This document shows, in pieces, positions 25,340-38,632 of a stretch of DNA of 64,000 bases; the first letter of the stretch is position 1; each line of letters opens with the position of its first letter. Location of the stretch: assembly GCA_965153455.1 (NCBI GenBank), contig OZ234493.1, positions 21,256,213 to 21,320,212 of the forward strand, read 5' to 3'. The notes under the pieces were generated by a model. It was not told the origin of the DNA, made no database searches, and saw nothing but the letters and a program-made list of their open reading frames with translations. Made by a program: the position numbers and the translations under genes. This DNA comes from Sphagnum compactum (lineage: Eukaryota).

Positions 25340-26290
25340 TTTCATGCATGCCATCTTTTATTGAAGACTCATTTTTAGAAGATGATCCACATGCAAATTT
25401 TCTTCCTAGGTTGGGCCTTGTTTAATTGGCCTTTAGAATTTTAACTCATTAGTTCATGCAACACCAATCATACTTGTTATGTTGTATACCTCTTTCTTCC
25501 ACATTCATTTGTTCTTTTTATCATTTGACTTTTCCATTTCCCAAGATTTTAGATGTCTTTTTGGCTTTGAGTCCTTTGATAGCAGAAATGCGGTTTTAGT
25601 TCTCAAACAAATGTTTATCTACATATATGTATCAAAGGCATACAACCTTATTTCCATAGATACCACCACCCAATTGGCCTACATAAGGGGTTGGATCTTA
25701 GTTGAAACATGTTAATAGCAATCACCTCCTTGGCATGTGCATGTTTTTCTCCATTTGAATAATTTTTTTATGAATAGTTGGATTGGCTTCGATATCTAAT
25801 CCTAGAATGTACATGCACAAACACATCCTCTCAAACATACTTTCTAATACTTTCTAATGAGACATTTGACTTCAACAAGCTTGCACATGTTCCTTTCAAA
25901 GCATTAACATGGATGCATGACCCACATCTTAACATGTCCTCCGCATGTTTTGCATGCCTTCTACAAATTTTTCCATCACACTTACTTAATTAGACTCCCT
26001 CATCTTTCAATTATAGGCCTTCCTTTATGTGCATACACAACTCATTAATCCACTAGGTTTGGTTCATGGCAAAGAATGCACTGGGACACACAATGTGATG
26101 TGTGTTGACTTTGCATCCATTGCACACAAAATTGACTTCCATGTGGTGTGAAAGCAATTGCAAACATTCTTGAGGAATGGTTTACTCATCTCATCAATGA
26201 CTTGACATTGTCCAAAGATGGTGTTTGCACCATAGTAGATGTTGTCATCGCTAGTCCCACATGCATGGACTAGCTTCTTCAATTCTATTG
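25340..26290 (+). mobile_element. CRE-like non-LTR relic, post-RT and restriction-like endonuclease part
   Basis: FIEDSFLEDD...LPRLG (~25358-25414), RLPHLSIIGLPLC, HGKECTGTH (26066-26092), DIV...TIVDVVIASPT (26204-26261). Interrupted by another insert at ~25790-25985. Confidence 0.6.
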
Positions 26291-27540
26291 TATTTGAACA
26301 TTCATACTTTCAAAGGTTTGCACATGTAAAAGAAAAAAAGTATTTGGATGGACACCTAACATATCAAATATGATCCAAAAATTGGGTAGTCCACAACACC
26401 TAAAAATATAGCAATATGATTTAAGGGAGTATGTGTGTGGGGGATAGCAAAGTCTCGAGTACCATGAAAAACATGAGGAGCAAGTCTTGTGGGGAGTATC
26501 ATTATCATTTTCACATGGAAGCAACATGAAAGTTGAACTTGTGACCACCATCTTTGCATACAAAAGCAACTTGTGAAAGTACTTTTTGGAATGGTCACAA
26601 TGTGAAACTTCAACACTAAATATTCTCCCCCAAGAGACCCACACCAAGTCCTCACTCACCACCATGTTTTGTATATGAAAACAACAAGCATGCCATCCCA
26701 AAAGTGGGACTCTTGCTACAACCATGTTCAAGCAAAAGCAATCCCTAAAAGTTAGATTCTTACCACCATGTGTGTCATGTGAAAGCAACCCCTAAATTGC
26801 TTCGCTCTTTCAAATGATTGACTTCCCACTTCTTTCTTTCTCTCCTAGCTATGTCCTTTTCTAAGTTAGCACTTTAGGATCAGCAGCAACTTGTCACTTG
26901 TTGTTGGATTCATCACAAGTTTCAATGTGTGATTCACCACCTATCCAAAACCACCATCTTGTATAATACCCAACCCAAAGAGGGAGTTGTTGGTTTTGTT
27001 TTTCCTCTTGAATACCCCCCCCATTGTGGGACTTCAAAATGAATAAGTTATATATGCCTTTGCACTCCAGTTTTGGGGCTTTGGAAGTGGATAAGTTATT
27101 TGCCTTTTGTGTGATGGGCCTTCTTGGGTTGCCTTGAAAGTGGGTAGGGCTCTTTTCATTCAGTAAGCCATGTGCATAATTGCCGAATTTTTGTTAGTTT
27201 GGCAGTGTTGGATGATTGGAGGGGTTACTTAAGAAAAATCATGTACAAAAATATTGGTGGAAATTTGAAATAGGAGCTTGAAGACCAAACAAAAATATTA
27301 ATTGAAAAACAGTACCCAAAAGTTTGTTCTTTTTATTATTAATGTCATACAAAAATTTCCCATTTTCAAAGAAAACACCCCCATTTGATTAAACATAAGA
27401 GACTTTGTGAAGCATCATCTACTACTCTCATCATACCCTCCAAAAAAAAAACCACTTTTTGGTAACAAATTTATTCTCCTAAATCAACTCATTCTTAAAT
27501 TTCAGCTTCTAATATGGTAGAACACATTTGAAGATGCATA

Positions 27541-27580
<40 letters not shown>

Positions 27581-28246
27581 AAATTATTCCATAAAAGTTG
27601 TTATGTTTTGAAATGGGTACTTAATAAATAAAACCTAGTACATCATACAACAACAAATTACAACACAACCCCCTCACCTTCATCACTTACACCTCAACTT
27701 ACCAAGCCTAGACTAGTAGGGTCAAGTTGCACATTACCCAGCATCATAAGTTCATAACAATGATGCACACAAATCCTTACCCATTTACATGCCCAATGTG
27801 AATCCCTTTTTTGTTCTTTTGTTGTTGTTGTTGTTGTTGTTCTTATTATAACCTACTACGATGACTCCTCCAAGTTGTTGGAAAACTATGGCCCACCCAC
27901 ACTCTAACCCCCCAAAGAAAATAAGAGGTAGGAAAAAAATACTACCTATATTAATATGGTACCTAAATACTATGATTTTATTTTTATTTTATTTTTCTAT
28001 GTTCAGCTACAACTTATTGGACTCTTAATTTTAAAATTAAAAAAAATAAATCTAGCAGTAGATATCATTACTAAGTATCTCTCTCAAAAAATCCCCAAAA
28101 AAAAAACAAAAACAAAAACAAAAACAAAAAACTAGTATTTTTGCAGTGTGTTGTGGAAGTAGAGTGTTTTTCAGTGTTTTTTCAGTTTGCTGTGAAAGTA
28201 GTGCGTTTTGTGTTGTTGTTGTTGTGGGTGCTGGTCGTGCGTGGCG

Positions 28247-30609
28247 ATGGCGGTAATGAGCTGCCGCTGGATGGTGACATACAAGGGGGGTGGTAGAATG
28301 GCGCTGCGTGCTTGTGGTTTGTTTGGGGCTCGAGAAATGGGGAGTGTTGCTGCATCTATGGAGACGTTAGTACAACAAGGATGGAGAGTAGGAGAGGGAG
28401 GAGGAGGAGGAGGAGGAAGAAGGGTGGTTGTGGTGGAGAGACAAGAGGAAGGAGGAGGACGACGACGTGGAGTGCAATGGGTTTTTCTAGGGTGTCCTGG
28501 AGTTGGAAAGGGGACTTATGCTAGTAGGCTTGCGAAGCTTTTGCAAGTGCCGCATATTGCCATGGGCGATCTGGTCAGGCAGGAGCTCGCTCAAACCTCG
28601 TCCATGGCTAAACAGGTGTGTGTGTGTGTGAGAGTTTGTGTGTGCACGCGCTATATGATCTGTGATTCTTTTTTCTCTCTTTTGATTTTTGCTCAAAATC
28701 GCATTTGTTGCTTCCAGTGAATAACTTTTTCTTCAATTTTGTTTTGCAATCCAGAAATCTCTTTCGCTGAAGATTTTTTTTCCCCCCCCTCCCTAGCCTA
28801 ATTATTTTTCTCCCCAATTTCTCTCTTTTTTCCCCTCTCTCTCTTCCCTCCTGTTGTAGACTTGTCTCTCCTCATCTGCCTTGCCTCTCACATCCCTGGA
28901 ACAAAACTATCCAGCATTTGGCCGCTTATCAGGAACCGGCGAAAGACCAAGGCGGTTATCAGGACGGTCCGATTCTTTGGTTCCTAAAAGGTCCTTCAAA
29001 ACACCAGAACCAACAGCTCTTGAATTCTGCAAATGTTTAAAACCTGGAACCAGTGGTTGTTGGCAAAATCAAATCACCACCCAACACTGGAACAAACAAC
29101 ACACACAATGATCATCAGGTTTCATGTATTACATATAGTATCAGTTCTCAAATTTTTAGGAAAAAATCAAATAACTGCCAGTTTTTCATGAAACCCGCCG
29201 GTTCTTTGATTTTAAGAAACCCTAAACCAGCTGCAGTTCTTTGATTCTGATTTTTTTTTGCCGTCAAAAAACCAGGACTGAAGGTTCTATTGTTCTGCAA
29301 TTTTTTAAAAGCCAGAACCAGTGGTCGTTAGCAAAATCACATACCTGCCCAACACTGGAACACAACACATGGATGATGATCAGGTTTCGTGTATTATGCA
29401 TAGTATCCTTCAGGTGGTGATCATAGAACAGACAAACAAGGCATTGCAGAGGTGTGATGTGTGAGATCTTCTCAATAAAGCATAGTACTTCTCTCACCTT
29501 TTTTTAGGGCAAAATCTCAGGGGGCACATGACCTGCTTACATAGACCAGCAATTTCTGTAGAGGGCTCTCTCAATCATTTATCATGTCTGCTTCTGCAAT
29601 CTCAAAAAATTTGGTTTCTGTTACTAACCATGAAAGAGTGGTGATGATGGTGGGTGCTCTGTAGTTGGCGGCTTTGATGAGCCAAGGCCAGTTGCTGCCA
29701 GATGACATTATCATCCGTCTCTTGTCAAAGCGCCTTGAGAATAACATGGCATCCAGCCAATCAGGCTTCATCCTCGATGGCTTCCCTCGCACAGTGCATC
29801 AAGCAGTATGTTCATATGTTCCTCCTTTTGCATGTGGACGTTGTGGTGATTGTTAGTGCTTCCAGAAGCAGAAATCTATCATAGGTCTATGATTGGTAGT
29901 AAATTATGTTAACTGTGCCTATAGCCTGCATACATGGCTAGCATGAAAGTTTCAATGACCAGTTCTAAGTTGTGTGTAGGAAATGATGGAAGAAGTGGCA
30001 GATATAGATTTGGTGGTGAACCTGAAGTTGAGGGAGGATGCATTGATAGCCAAATGTTTAGGCCGCCGTATTTGCAGTCAGTGTGGGGGCAATTTCAATC
30101 TTGCACGCCTGGAGATGGAGGAATCAAACAGTGCCCCACGCATCTTCATGCCTCCCTTGTTGCCACCACCATCTTGTGCTTCCAAAATGACCACCCGTGC
30201 TGATGACACAGAGGAAGTGGTCAGAACACGCCTACGCATATACTACGAGGAGGTTTGTTCATCAATTTGGACCCATGACTACTAAATGCAGGCTATATAA
30301 AGGTTTTGGCATCCTACTTTTATTGCTAGAGCAGAGGTATGCTTGCTGTGATTGGCAGTCAGTCAGTGCAATGGGGACAAAAAGGATTTGGAGCAAAGCA
30401 CTTGAATTTTGCAATTGCAGCTGATGGGTGGTACTTTTGTGTGTCCTCTCCAGAGCAAGCCAGTGGAAGATTTCTACCGTGGGTATGGAAAACTGTTGGA
30501 TTTTGAAGTGTCTGGAGGTATACCTGAGACGTGGCCACGTCTATTGGCAGCACTAAATGTTGATGAGAAACACACAAACCATGACAATAGTCACAAAATG
30601 GCAGCATGA
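28247..30609 (+). CDS. ADK: Adenylate kinase, organellar plant type with N-terminal extension (~312 aa); exons 28247-28615, 29665-29805, 29980-30252, 30454-30609
   Basis: P-loop VQWVFLGCPGVGKGTYASRL, HIAMGDLVR, GFILDGFPRT, LID GRRICSQCGGNFN, RADDTEEVVRTRL. GT-AG phase-0 junctions; TGA at 30607-30609. Start codon choice uncertain. Confidence 0.95.
28895..29410. mobile_element. MITE-family fragments (CCCAACACTGG end, GAACC/GGTTCT motifs) duplicated within ADK intron 1
   Basis: Same terminal motif as the 15152-15473 MITE. The block CCAGTGGT..GCAAAATC..CCCAACACTGGAAC..ATCAGGTTTC..ATAGTATC occurs at 29050 and 29318. Confidence 0.6.
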
Positions 30610-33600
30610 TGACGTTCTCTGTTATGTGGTCCTCATCATTAGTACCACATACCATCATCAGATTACTGCATTACCAGTTTTAGAGACACTTTCTTGTCAG
30701 GAGAAAAACCTGATCTCCATAGGTACATTGTGTAATTACTTCATATAGTATACAACATTCTTCCTTGCATTGCGGGAGCACCAATCCATTTCCTGTGAGC
30801 TGATTGACACTTTCTCTTAAGTATATAATTTTTTCCCTGTGATGGTTGTCTGTCTCACGGGTGAGAATATATACATTCATCACATTTGCAACAATTATGA
30901 GAATTTCACAAAGCAATGTTTTGTGATCAAGTTGTATCTTCTTTGTCTCCATGGGATACTTGGCCCAATTGCCATAGACATATCTGTTATTCATTCATAT
31001 TTAAACTTGGGTCAACTCAGTGCAATTTCTGCTGTCCATTGCTATGTCACAGTGAATCCATTTGACAACCATACTGCAAATTTATCGTGTGAAGTGGGTA
31101 AAACAGATATATGTTCACTCTGGAAGCTTCCAACACAGAAATTGACCATGATTGTGGAACTCACTGCTTTTATTGCACACAATCTCATGTCACCAAAAGC
31201 TTACAGACAGGTGATCAATCTCTGCTGGACATCTTTGTGAAACAAGGTGTATAGTGCTATTGATTCTCAATCATGAACACCAGGTAGGACACATGATACA
31301 GAGTACTTGACAATACATGTGAGATGGTGTAATCAAGGATTTGCATGGGTCAAGCATGATGTCATTTCAAGTGCTGTTTGTTACTCCAATCTACTCATCA
31401 TCAGAAATCTGTTCCTCCATATCCACTGAGTCATCAGAAACCTCATTCCAGAGTCTAATATTTTTTGCTGGTAAATTGACTGCCATATTTTGACCCTAAG
31501 GTCCCAGAAACATTTCAGAGGTTTACACGTATGGTCCAGAGCCTCTGAGCTGCCAAAACTGCATCAATTCTAAACCCCACATGGCAACAGATAAATTGCT
31601 ACACCAACCTATGAACTGTCCTTTACACATAGCATGGAAGATGGTTATGCAAAGGGGCTGACTAGAAAAGTACACTTACATAAGGGGCTTTTAGTCAGCC
31701 ATGTCATTCACTTTGGTTCTTGAGCCTGTGATCAAAGTTGCTGCCAGAAGATTGGTTAACTACCATGAGACGAGCACTCCACAGTCAATCACTTCAATAG
31801 TGTGCCAGTCTGACCAAGTCAGACAGACATTGCCATTCAGGCAACCAGGCTTAGCACTCCAAATCTGAGAAATGAGATTCAAAATACAAAAGCCATTACA
31901 TCCAGTCTTTCTCACAACCACAGCAGTCATGTTCAGATGCTTGGGGTAAGCTATACAATGCAAACACCTGTCCCAGAATCAACATAGAAAAAAATTCATG
32001 GCTTTGCCTGTTTGCTCACCATATTCCTCAGCACATGGATGACAGCCTCTTAAAATGACTATTACAATTGGCCATCTTAAAAGGTTTTGTATAGGATGTT
32101 GCCAATCCATGAAAAAATACATCAATATGCACACACAATCAGTGTTGGTCACAGCCAACCCTTACTGGAGCTAAATTTCTTGGTTACAGTTGATTTGATC
32201 ACATCATTTCAGAACCACTGGTGAAGCACATACCATAAGCCAATCATGGTTGCATTAGCTTTCTATGGGCAAACCACTACAAGGCAAATGCTAGGCATAA
32301 ACCAGGGCAGATGGTGATGCAAAGACAGTTATTAATCCACTCAAGGTTCCCTCTGGTGCCAACAAGAACCCACAATATAGAACTTACCAACTGATACTCC
32401 ACATGTGAGAAGATTCTGTTACTAAAAGGTTGTATCATGATGTGGATAATACAGCATAGCAAGCAATCCCACACAAGGAAACCTGATGCATCAGGAACAC
32501 ATATTAACATTGAAGAAACAATAAATGCTGGAAAAGTTGACCATGTGTGTGAGCAGACATTAAACATTCCTTTTCCATGACTTCATACTGATAGTAGGTA
32601 CCATCCCCTGCATGTATTTTTCTCTTTCTTCTAAGCCCACAATAACAGCTTCTTGCAAGCAGAGTGAAAAAGCCAAACCCAAAACACCCGCCTAATGTTC
32701 CACCAAAGGCCTCATATAGGACAGTGTGGGCATGGATTAACATGCATTGGAGATGTTCTGAAACATATAACCCAATGTTTCACATACACCAAAGGCTATA
32801 CTGACTGCCAGTTTTTACACACAGACAAGATGCCTGGTACCTTCAAGAAAACATTGGAGAATGATGCTATCTAATTTCAGTTTAAAAGAAATTTTGTGAA
32901 TAGGCAGTGTACTTCTATGTAACACGCAATTTCAAGGAAGTGCTTGCAGAGTTCTTCACTAACCTTTTTAGATGGTGGAACAGGCAAAAATTGAAGTTTT
33001 TTGCTGACTGCCTCCCAGTGATCATCTTAGACAACGAGAGTCAAATCTAGCTGTCAACCCATTCAGTGTGCACAAAGCCATAGCAGACTCTAGAGCACAG
33101 ATGATCCAGTGATTATCTCAGTATAACCTTCAAACCTTCAAATACAAACTGCAGAGCTGTTTGGCAATGCTCCACTTTGCATCAAGAACTCTATCACATA
33201 TCCTTGATATCAAGACACAGCCAACAGTGAACCTCAATATATCTCAAACAAACTGACTTCATCAAACTGGACAGCTCCATTGCTATCATCACATTTTGAA
33301 ACAATCTCTTGAGCAGTCAGAGAGTTACTCCAGGGAACTTCTCACAGTACTGTTACTCAAGCATTTGATGCCAGAACCTTCAGCAAATATGAAAAATGAG
33401 CCCCAAAAAGCATCTTGTATCAAAACCCTTTATCGAAGGAGTTCTTATGGTCTTCATCTGTCAAACATCCTTCATTTTCTTAATTTCTCAGCCTTCACTG
33501 TAGGTCATGTTATCTGCACTCATATGTAGCTTCCTTTAACGCAAAAGTACCAAAGAATAGGCTTCTACATCTCTTTGAAAAACAAGGAAGATTCTCTATT

Positions 33601-36049
33601 GCAACTTACCTAGGAAAAACATGTGAGAAAACAGACATCATGAAGAGAGCTACATGCTAATTGATCGAAGTTTAACATGGTCTTCTGGCAGTGACTTTTG
33701 CAACTTGTGGAGCGATGAAACTTAGTTGCAATGAAAAAAAAATGTGTACCAAATGGTCTTTAACCTTGGCCTACTAGTTGAATTCAAATCCTTTTACAAG
33801 CCCAATCCAGTTAGTCAACTTGCTCTGTTAAAAAATGTACTCGATTGCTTCATCTTGTTTGGTTCCCATCTTTAGACTACATGGATCACTCATTCAAGCA
33901 TCGGTTTGCTCTCTCGTTGGGGATCTTCAGAGTCTCCAAAGGGTGAAAGAAACAAAAAAGGGAAACAATTTTGTGCTATTTCATAGTATATCAGTTTGAG
34001 TTGGTCAACAAATGGATAGCATACAGTTATGACCCATCATTTTTACAATATTGGACGCTGTCCAGATTTCATCTGTGAACATACCTGAAACTGTACATTT
34101 CCTTTGACAGCTTACAATTCTGCAGTGAGGTTGCTCATTGAGCTGCCACTGTGGCCTGGTGTCATGCACAGATTTGATGCTGATCTATACCATTATTGAT
34201 CCAATTGGGATCAGTTCACAGTAAACAAATCTTGAAAGTCACCTGCCAGGGTAACATAAGGGTCAGAAACAGTTCAATGGTATGAAGAACAGGTCTAACC
34301 ATAATCAAGACCACTGTTCTGGATCTTTCAAATGGTACATATGTGAACCACTTACATACATGAAAAAGAGCAAGGAGCAGGCTTTGGATGGGACAGTACC
34401 TGGAGGGAAAACATTACTTGACATTCCCAGACCCTCCATTGAAGCAGAACAAGGAACCTGCACAAATCAGATCGGAATAATTAGTGAGAATAGTAAAAAG
34501 CCTAAAGAGACAGAAAACTCAAGAGAGAAAAAAGTTGGGCCCACTCCACCATACACCTCCCCTCCCCTTCCTAAAAATCTAGAGAAGTGACCATGCAGCA
34601 GTTGCTAGTTGTCACTCCAGCACCTTCAGAAGCAACTGAAACCGTTGCCCAAAACATTAAGACATAAGCCAAAGCACAGATATCCCAGCCAGATGATATT
34701 ACTAGGGGGTAATTGCATTCTAGAACACTCCCATGCAGAGATATTAAACAATTGAAAACCATCTGAGCACAGCAACCAACTGGGAGACACTGCAGATCTG
34801 ATACTGGATCTAGGTCAAAGTCTTGCATAGTTCAGTTAAATGTAGTGTCAGTTGATCAATGGTCAAGGAACTAAAGTGATGTTAGCAAGTACCTTTAAAA
34901 GACGTGGCGTCAAAGTGGTCAGCATAGGATCAGTCAATGGCAGGGGTCAGAAGAGGTCAGGTATCTGCTTCAGTTGGTCAAAAGTCAATAGGCAGCATTG
35001 CAACCAGCAAGCACAACCCCCGATATACATAAACTATGCTCACTGCTTGATGTCCAGGAAGGGGTTGATTTGGTCTGAGTACATGGCAGATTCCCATTTC
35101 TATGCACTTGTCATTAACCATCAGGTACCATATATCACTACATTGTGGTGCTCGCTCATAATGTCTTACACAGGTGTAAGGTACACAGTAACCCGGAGGA
35201 ATACCCAAAGGTGTCTACAGCCAGAGGCAAAAAAAACTGCAGAGTAAACTACTTGGAGGAACACAAACCTTGTATCCTTCGAATTTGAGCTTCATTCCAT
35301 ATGACAAACTCTCCATTACATCAACATATAATCACCACTTTTAACATGCAGGTCCAGTACAACACAAACCCTACTTAGGTGTGACGCACGTGCTAACACG
35401 CTCACATCTCTTTAACCCAGAACTGAAAGGCAAGGATAAACTGCAAGACCAGTGATTAGACATACTAAAGACTGTTACCTCAGTACTCTTGTTAGCAGAA
35501 CATGTACCTAGGAGGGGGAACTACAGTTTTCCTCCTATGGTTCTGTCCTTATGAGAAGCAGCTCTTAGTAACCCTGGCTTCAGCTGGCATCTTTCCTAAA
35601 GACAAATGCACGTCAGTAGCATGTCCTGCTAATAACCCATTAATTGTTAGTCCCACCTTCAATCCAAGAGACCACCAAATCAGCCTAAGAAAGCTGTGAA
35701 ATGTGTGACCAAACTCTATGGCTGGTCCTTGGCTATGTCAGCAGATTGTGGTTGAAGGTCCAAACATAGGATCTAATTAGTGATAGACAGCACCCTTATC
35801 TTGATTCATCACACAGATGCTGGGACTGAGAGAACTTCCAAACCACAAACTTCACTTGAATGTGGCCTGCAAATTTAACACCACATTTTCTGTCTTACAA
35901 GCACCAACACACCTCTGTGCTGCAGTGATGCCTTTCATGCCATCGCCTTGTAGAACCCCATATCTGATGCCAATTGCCATGTCAATGTTTTTGTCTGATG
36001 CAAAAATCCTGAAAAGCCCATAGCATCTGAGTAATGCTGCAGTTCTTGG

Positions 36050-38632
36050 CTAACGCCGAGTTTTGGCACGCTTCATGCCTGGGTTGTTAAATGGAGACAC
36101 AGTGCCACTCATATATGCAGGGCTCTCCTCACGGAGGGTGCCATTAAGAATAGCTAGCTCCCGAAGCTGGGCCTTCTTTACCAGGTCAAATGTCTCATCC
36201 TGGAAGTACAAGCCCAAGAATAGTGGAGTTAGCCTTTACTAAACATTGCATCTTCCACCTTACAATTTTCACCCTGCTTTGAACTCTTTTCATCGTGTAA
36301 TTGCTCTCCAAGATCATCTCAAAACACCTGAAATTTCATTGTGCATTCACACATGTAAACTGCAGAACTAATTCAGTACTGAACAGGTGGTGGAAAATGT
36401 CTGCTTGAGATGCTTAGACCATACCACAGGTTTCAGTAGCTCCTGGAGAATCTCACGAGCATGAATGAGTTGTGCATCAATAATATTTGCTGGCAGTTCA
36501 GCCTCCACCAATACATGTAGTGGCTCATTCAAATGTTCAAAACCAGGCTTGTCTCTCATCTTGTCTTCCTGCAGACCCAACAAACTGAAACCTTGAGCTT
36601 TCCTCCATGGAAAGCAACTGCCCAATGCATCTCTAGTATCCCCAAGCCAACAACCTAGCCATGGCTGGAGAAACTGACCTTGGCAGTGTCTTTGATTGAG
36701 CCTCGACCACGAATCAAAACCCGGCAGCCAGTTGTTGCCTCTACCCGCTTTAGTGAGTTTCCACGAGGCCCCAAAATTCTCCCCACAAAGTTAAACTGCA
36801 GGATCCACAAGTTGCTTATCAGGACCATCATCAGGACAGGTAACATCAGCTTGCTAGTGTGTATTAGTAACACACACATATGTACACCAGTAAGGATGGC
36901 ATTTAGACTGCTACATACATTGGGGTACTTATCAACAGGAACTTCAATGCGCTGTGTTTTCTTCACTATTGTGCCAGCTGCAGTCCCAGGAGGCCCATTC
37001 CAACCTGCATGAGGAATTGCAACCCTCTGCTGACCATACATTGCAAATGAAAAGGATATTAGTACTTCCTTTTGCAAATCAGAAACCCAAGTGTAAGGGC
37101 TCAGTCGAATCATCTCCATCAATGGAAAAGCATTAAGTGGAGCGAAGGGGATGGAGACAAGAAAAGCATACATCACCCCAGCCATTCAGATCGCCTGAGG
37201 ATCCATTGTGTATGAATGTGCCTGCTGACAAAGGGCTCCCATGCTCAAGTCCGTCCTGGTCCAGTAATGCAGAGTTTCCAACAAGTGCTGTGACTCGCAC
37301 CATCTCTGTGTTAGGCATAGCAATAGCACCATAAGTACACATTCAGAAAAGTCATCACTGGCAGCTGGCAGTGTTCATGGTCTTCAGTTGAAGAAATCAA
37401 CAAGTCTGAAGAATGATTCTCTGAACTTACATTTCACCTTGAGCACCAATAACCTTACCCTGGTTTAACAGGCGACTGCAGTTGGGCAAAACTTGCATAA
37501 AAGGACCCAGCTTTTGCCTTTCTGCCAACAACTCCGAAAGATACCTGCAAAGATTCAACCCACTGAGAATTTGCATGAAAGCTTCCACATGAACACCTCA
37601 ATAAGAGAAGTAATGCTCCACAGCACTTTAACTCACAGATTTGAAGCTTCTAACATCTCAAAAATGAGCAAAACCTGTTGCAAAAAGGCTTTTATACCAG
37701 AAACCTGAAATCACTCACAGTTTTCACTGATCTTATTCACATTCCAGCATTCATGTATGCCATGTGGATGAACCCAAGTGATAGCATGGAAACATGAAAA
37801 AAAACAGCAACATATATACCACACTGCACAAAATGGGGAGAGAGACAAAATGGGAAGAAAATATGCAAAACCGGTGAGAAGCAGGCAGGCATGCATGAGA
37901 ATCAGCTTTACAAAATGGAAATCAAGAACTGAAGAATAGGTGATCCAGAAGAAAAAAAGAGTGTCCATAACACAGGACCCACGTTGATGATCTTCATTCA
38001 TTCACTGTATCACTGTGCTCTTGCCCCCTTTGACATACAATTGACTGCTTCTTGGCCCCAAACAAGATGGCATAAGATGGATCTACAAAAGAAGAAAAAC
38101 TGCAATGGTGGAATGTAGAGAGGAAAGCCAGCCACAAGAACAAGAAGAAGACCAACAAATACACCCGTTGGGACAGTACATTTGAGATCCAACACTCAAA
38201 TCAAGTCTCCAAATTGGGCTTGGTGTTCATCCAGGTGTGGAGATCATCATCGAACACAAACAAGGGTGCTCACACCAGAAGGAAAAATACAACCGAAAGC
38301 TCCTACAGAAAACCTAATTTATGTCCTTCAAATCCAAAAAGAAGGATTCGGACAAAATCCTTCCCACACACCAACAAGCGTCCACAAGAAGAAGAAGCCC
38401 CGAGAGAAAAAAATGTGCAAGCAACTTTCAAAGAGAAAAAGACCTAATAAAAAAACAATAAACAAAAACAATAAAATACAAAACAAAACAGACAAACAAG
38501 CATTAGCAGACATCGGGAGGCGATTCCTTACTTTTCATGTTCGGCAGCGGCACTGGAGGACCGCAAGCCTCCAATCTGTGGTGAGGAGCCACCCGTCGAC
38601 GGGGAGAAATGCATTCCATACCTCCCCGCCAT
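36050..38632 (-). CDS. STAR/GSG (QKI-like) KH-QUA RNA-binding protein (~280 aa); exons 38632-38532, 37544-37459, 37305-37172, 37029(or 37026)-36919, 36795-36679, 36568-36425, 36199-36050
   Basis: [12 protein letters not shown]...[31 protein letters not shown] (QUA1-like), [46 protein letters not shown] (KH), [19 protein letters not shown] (QUA2), C-terminal GMKRAKTRR*. All junctions GT-AG and frame-consistent. Confidence 0.95.
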
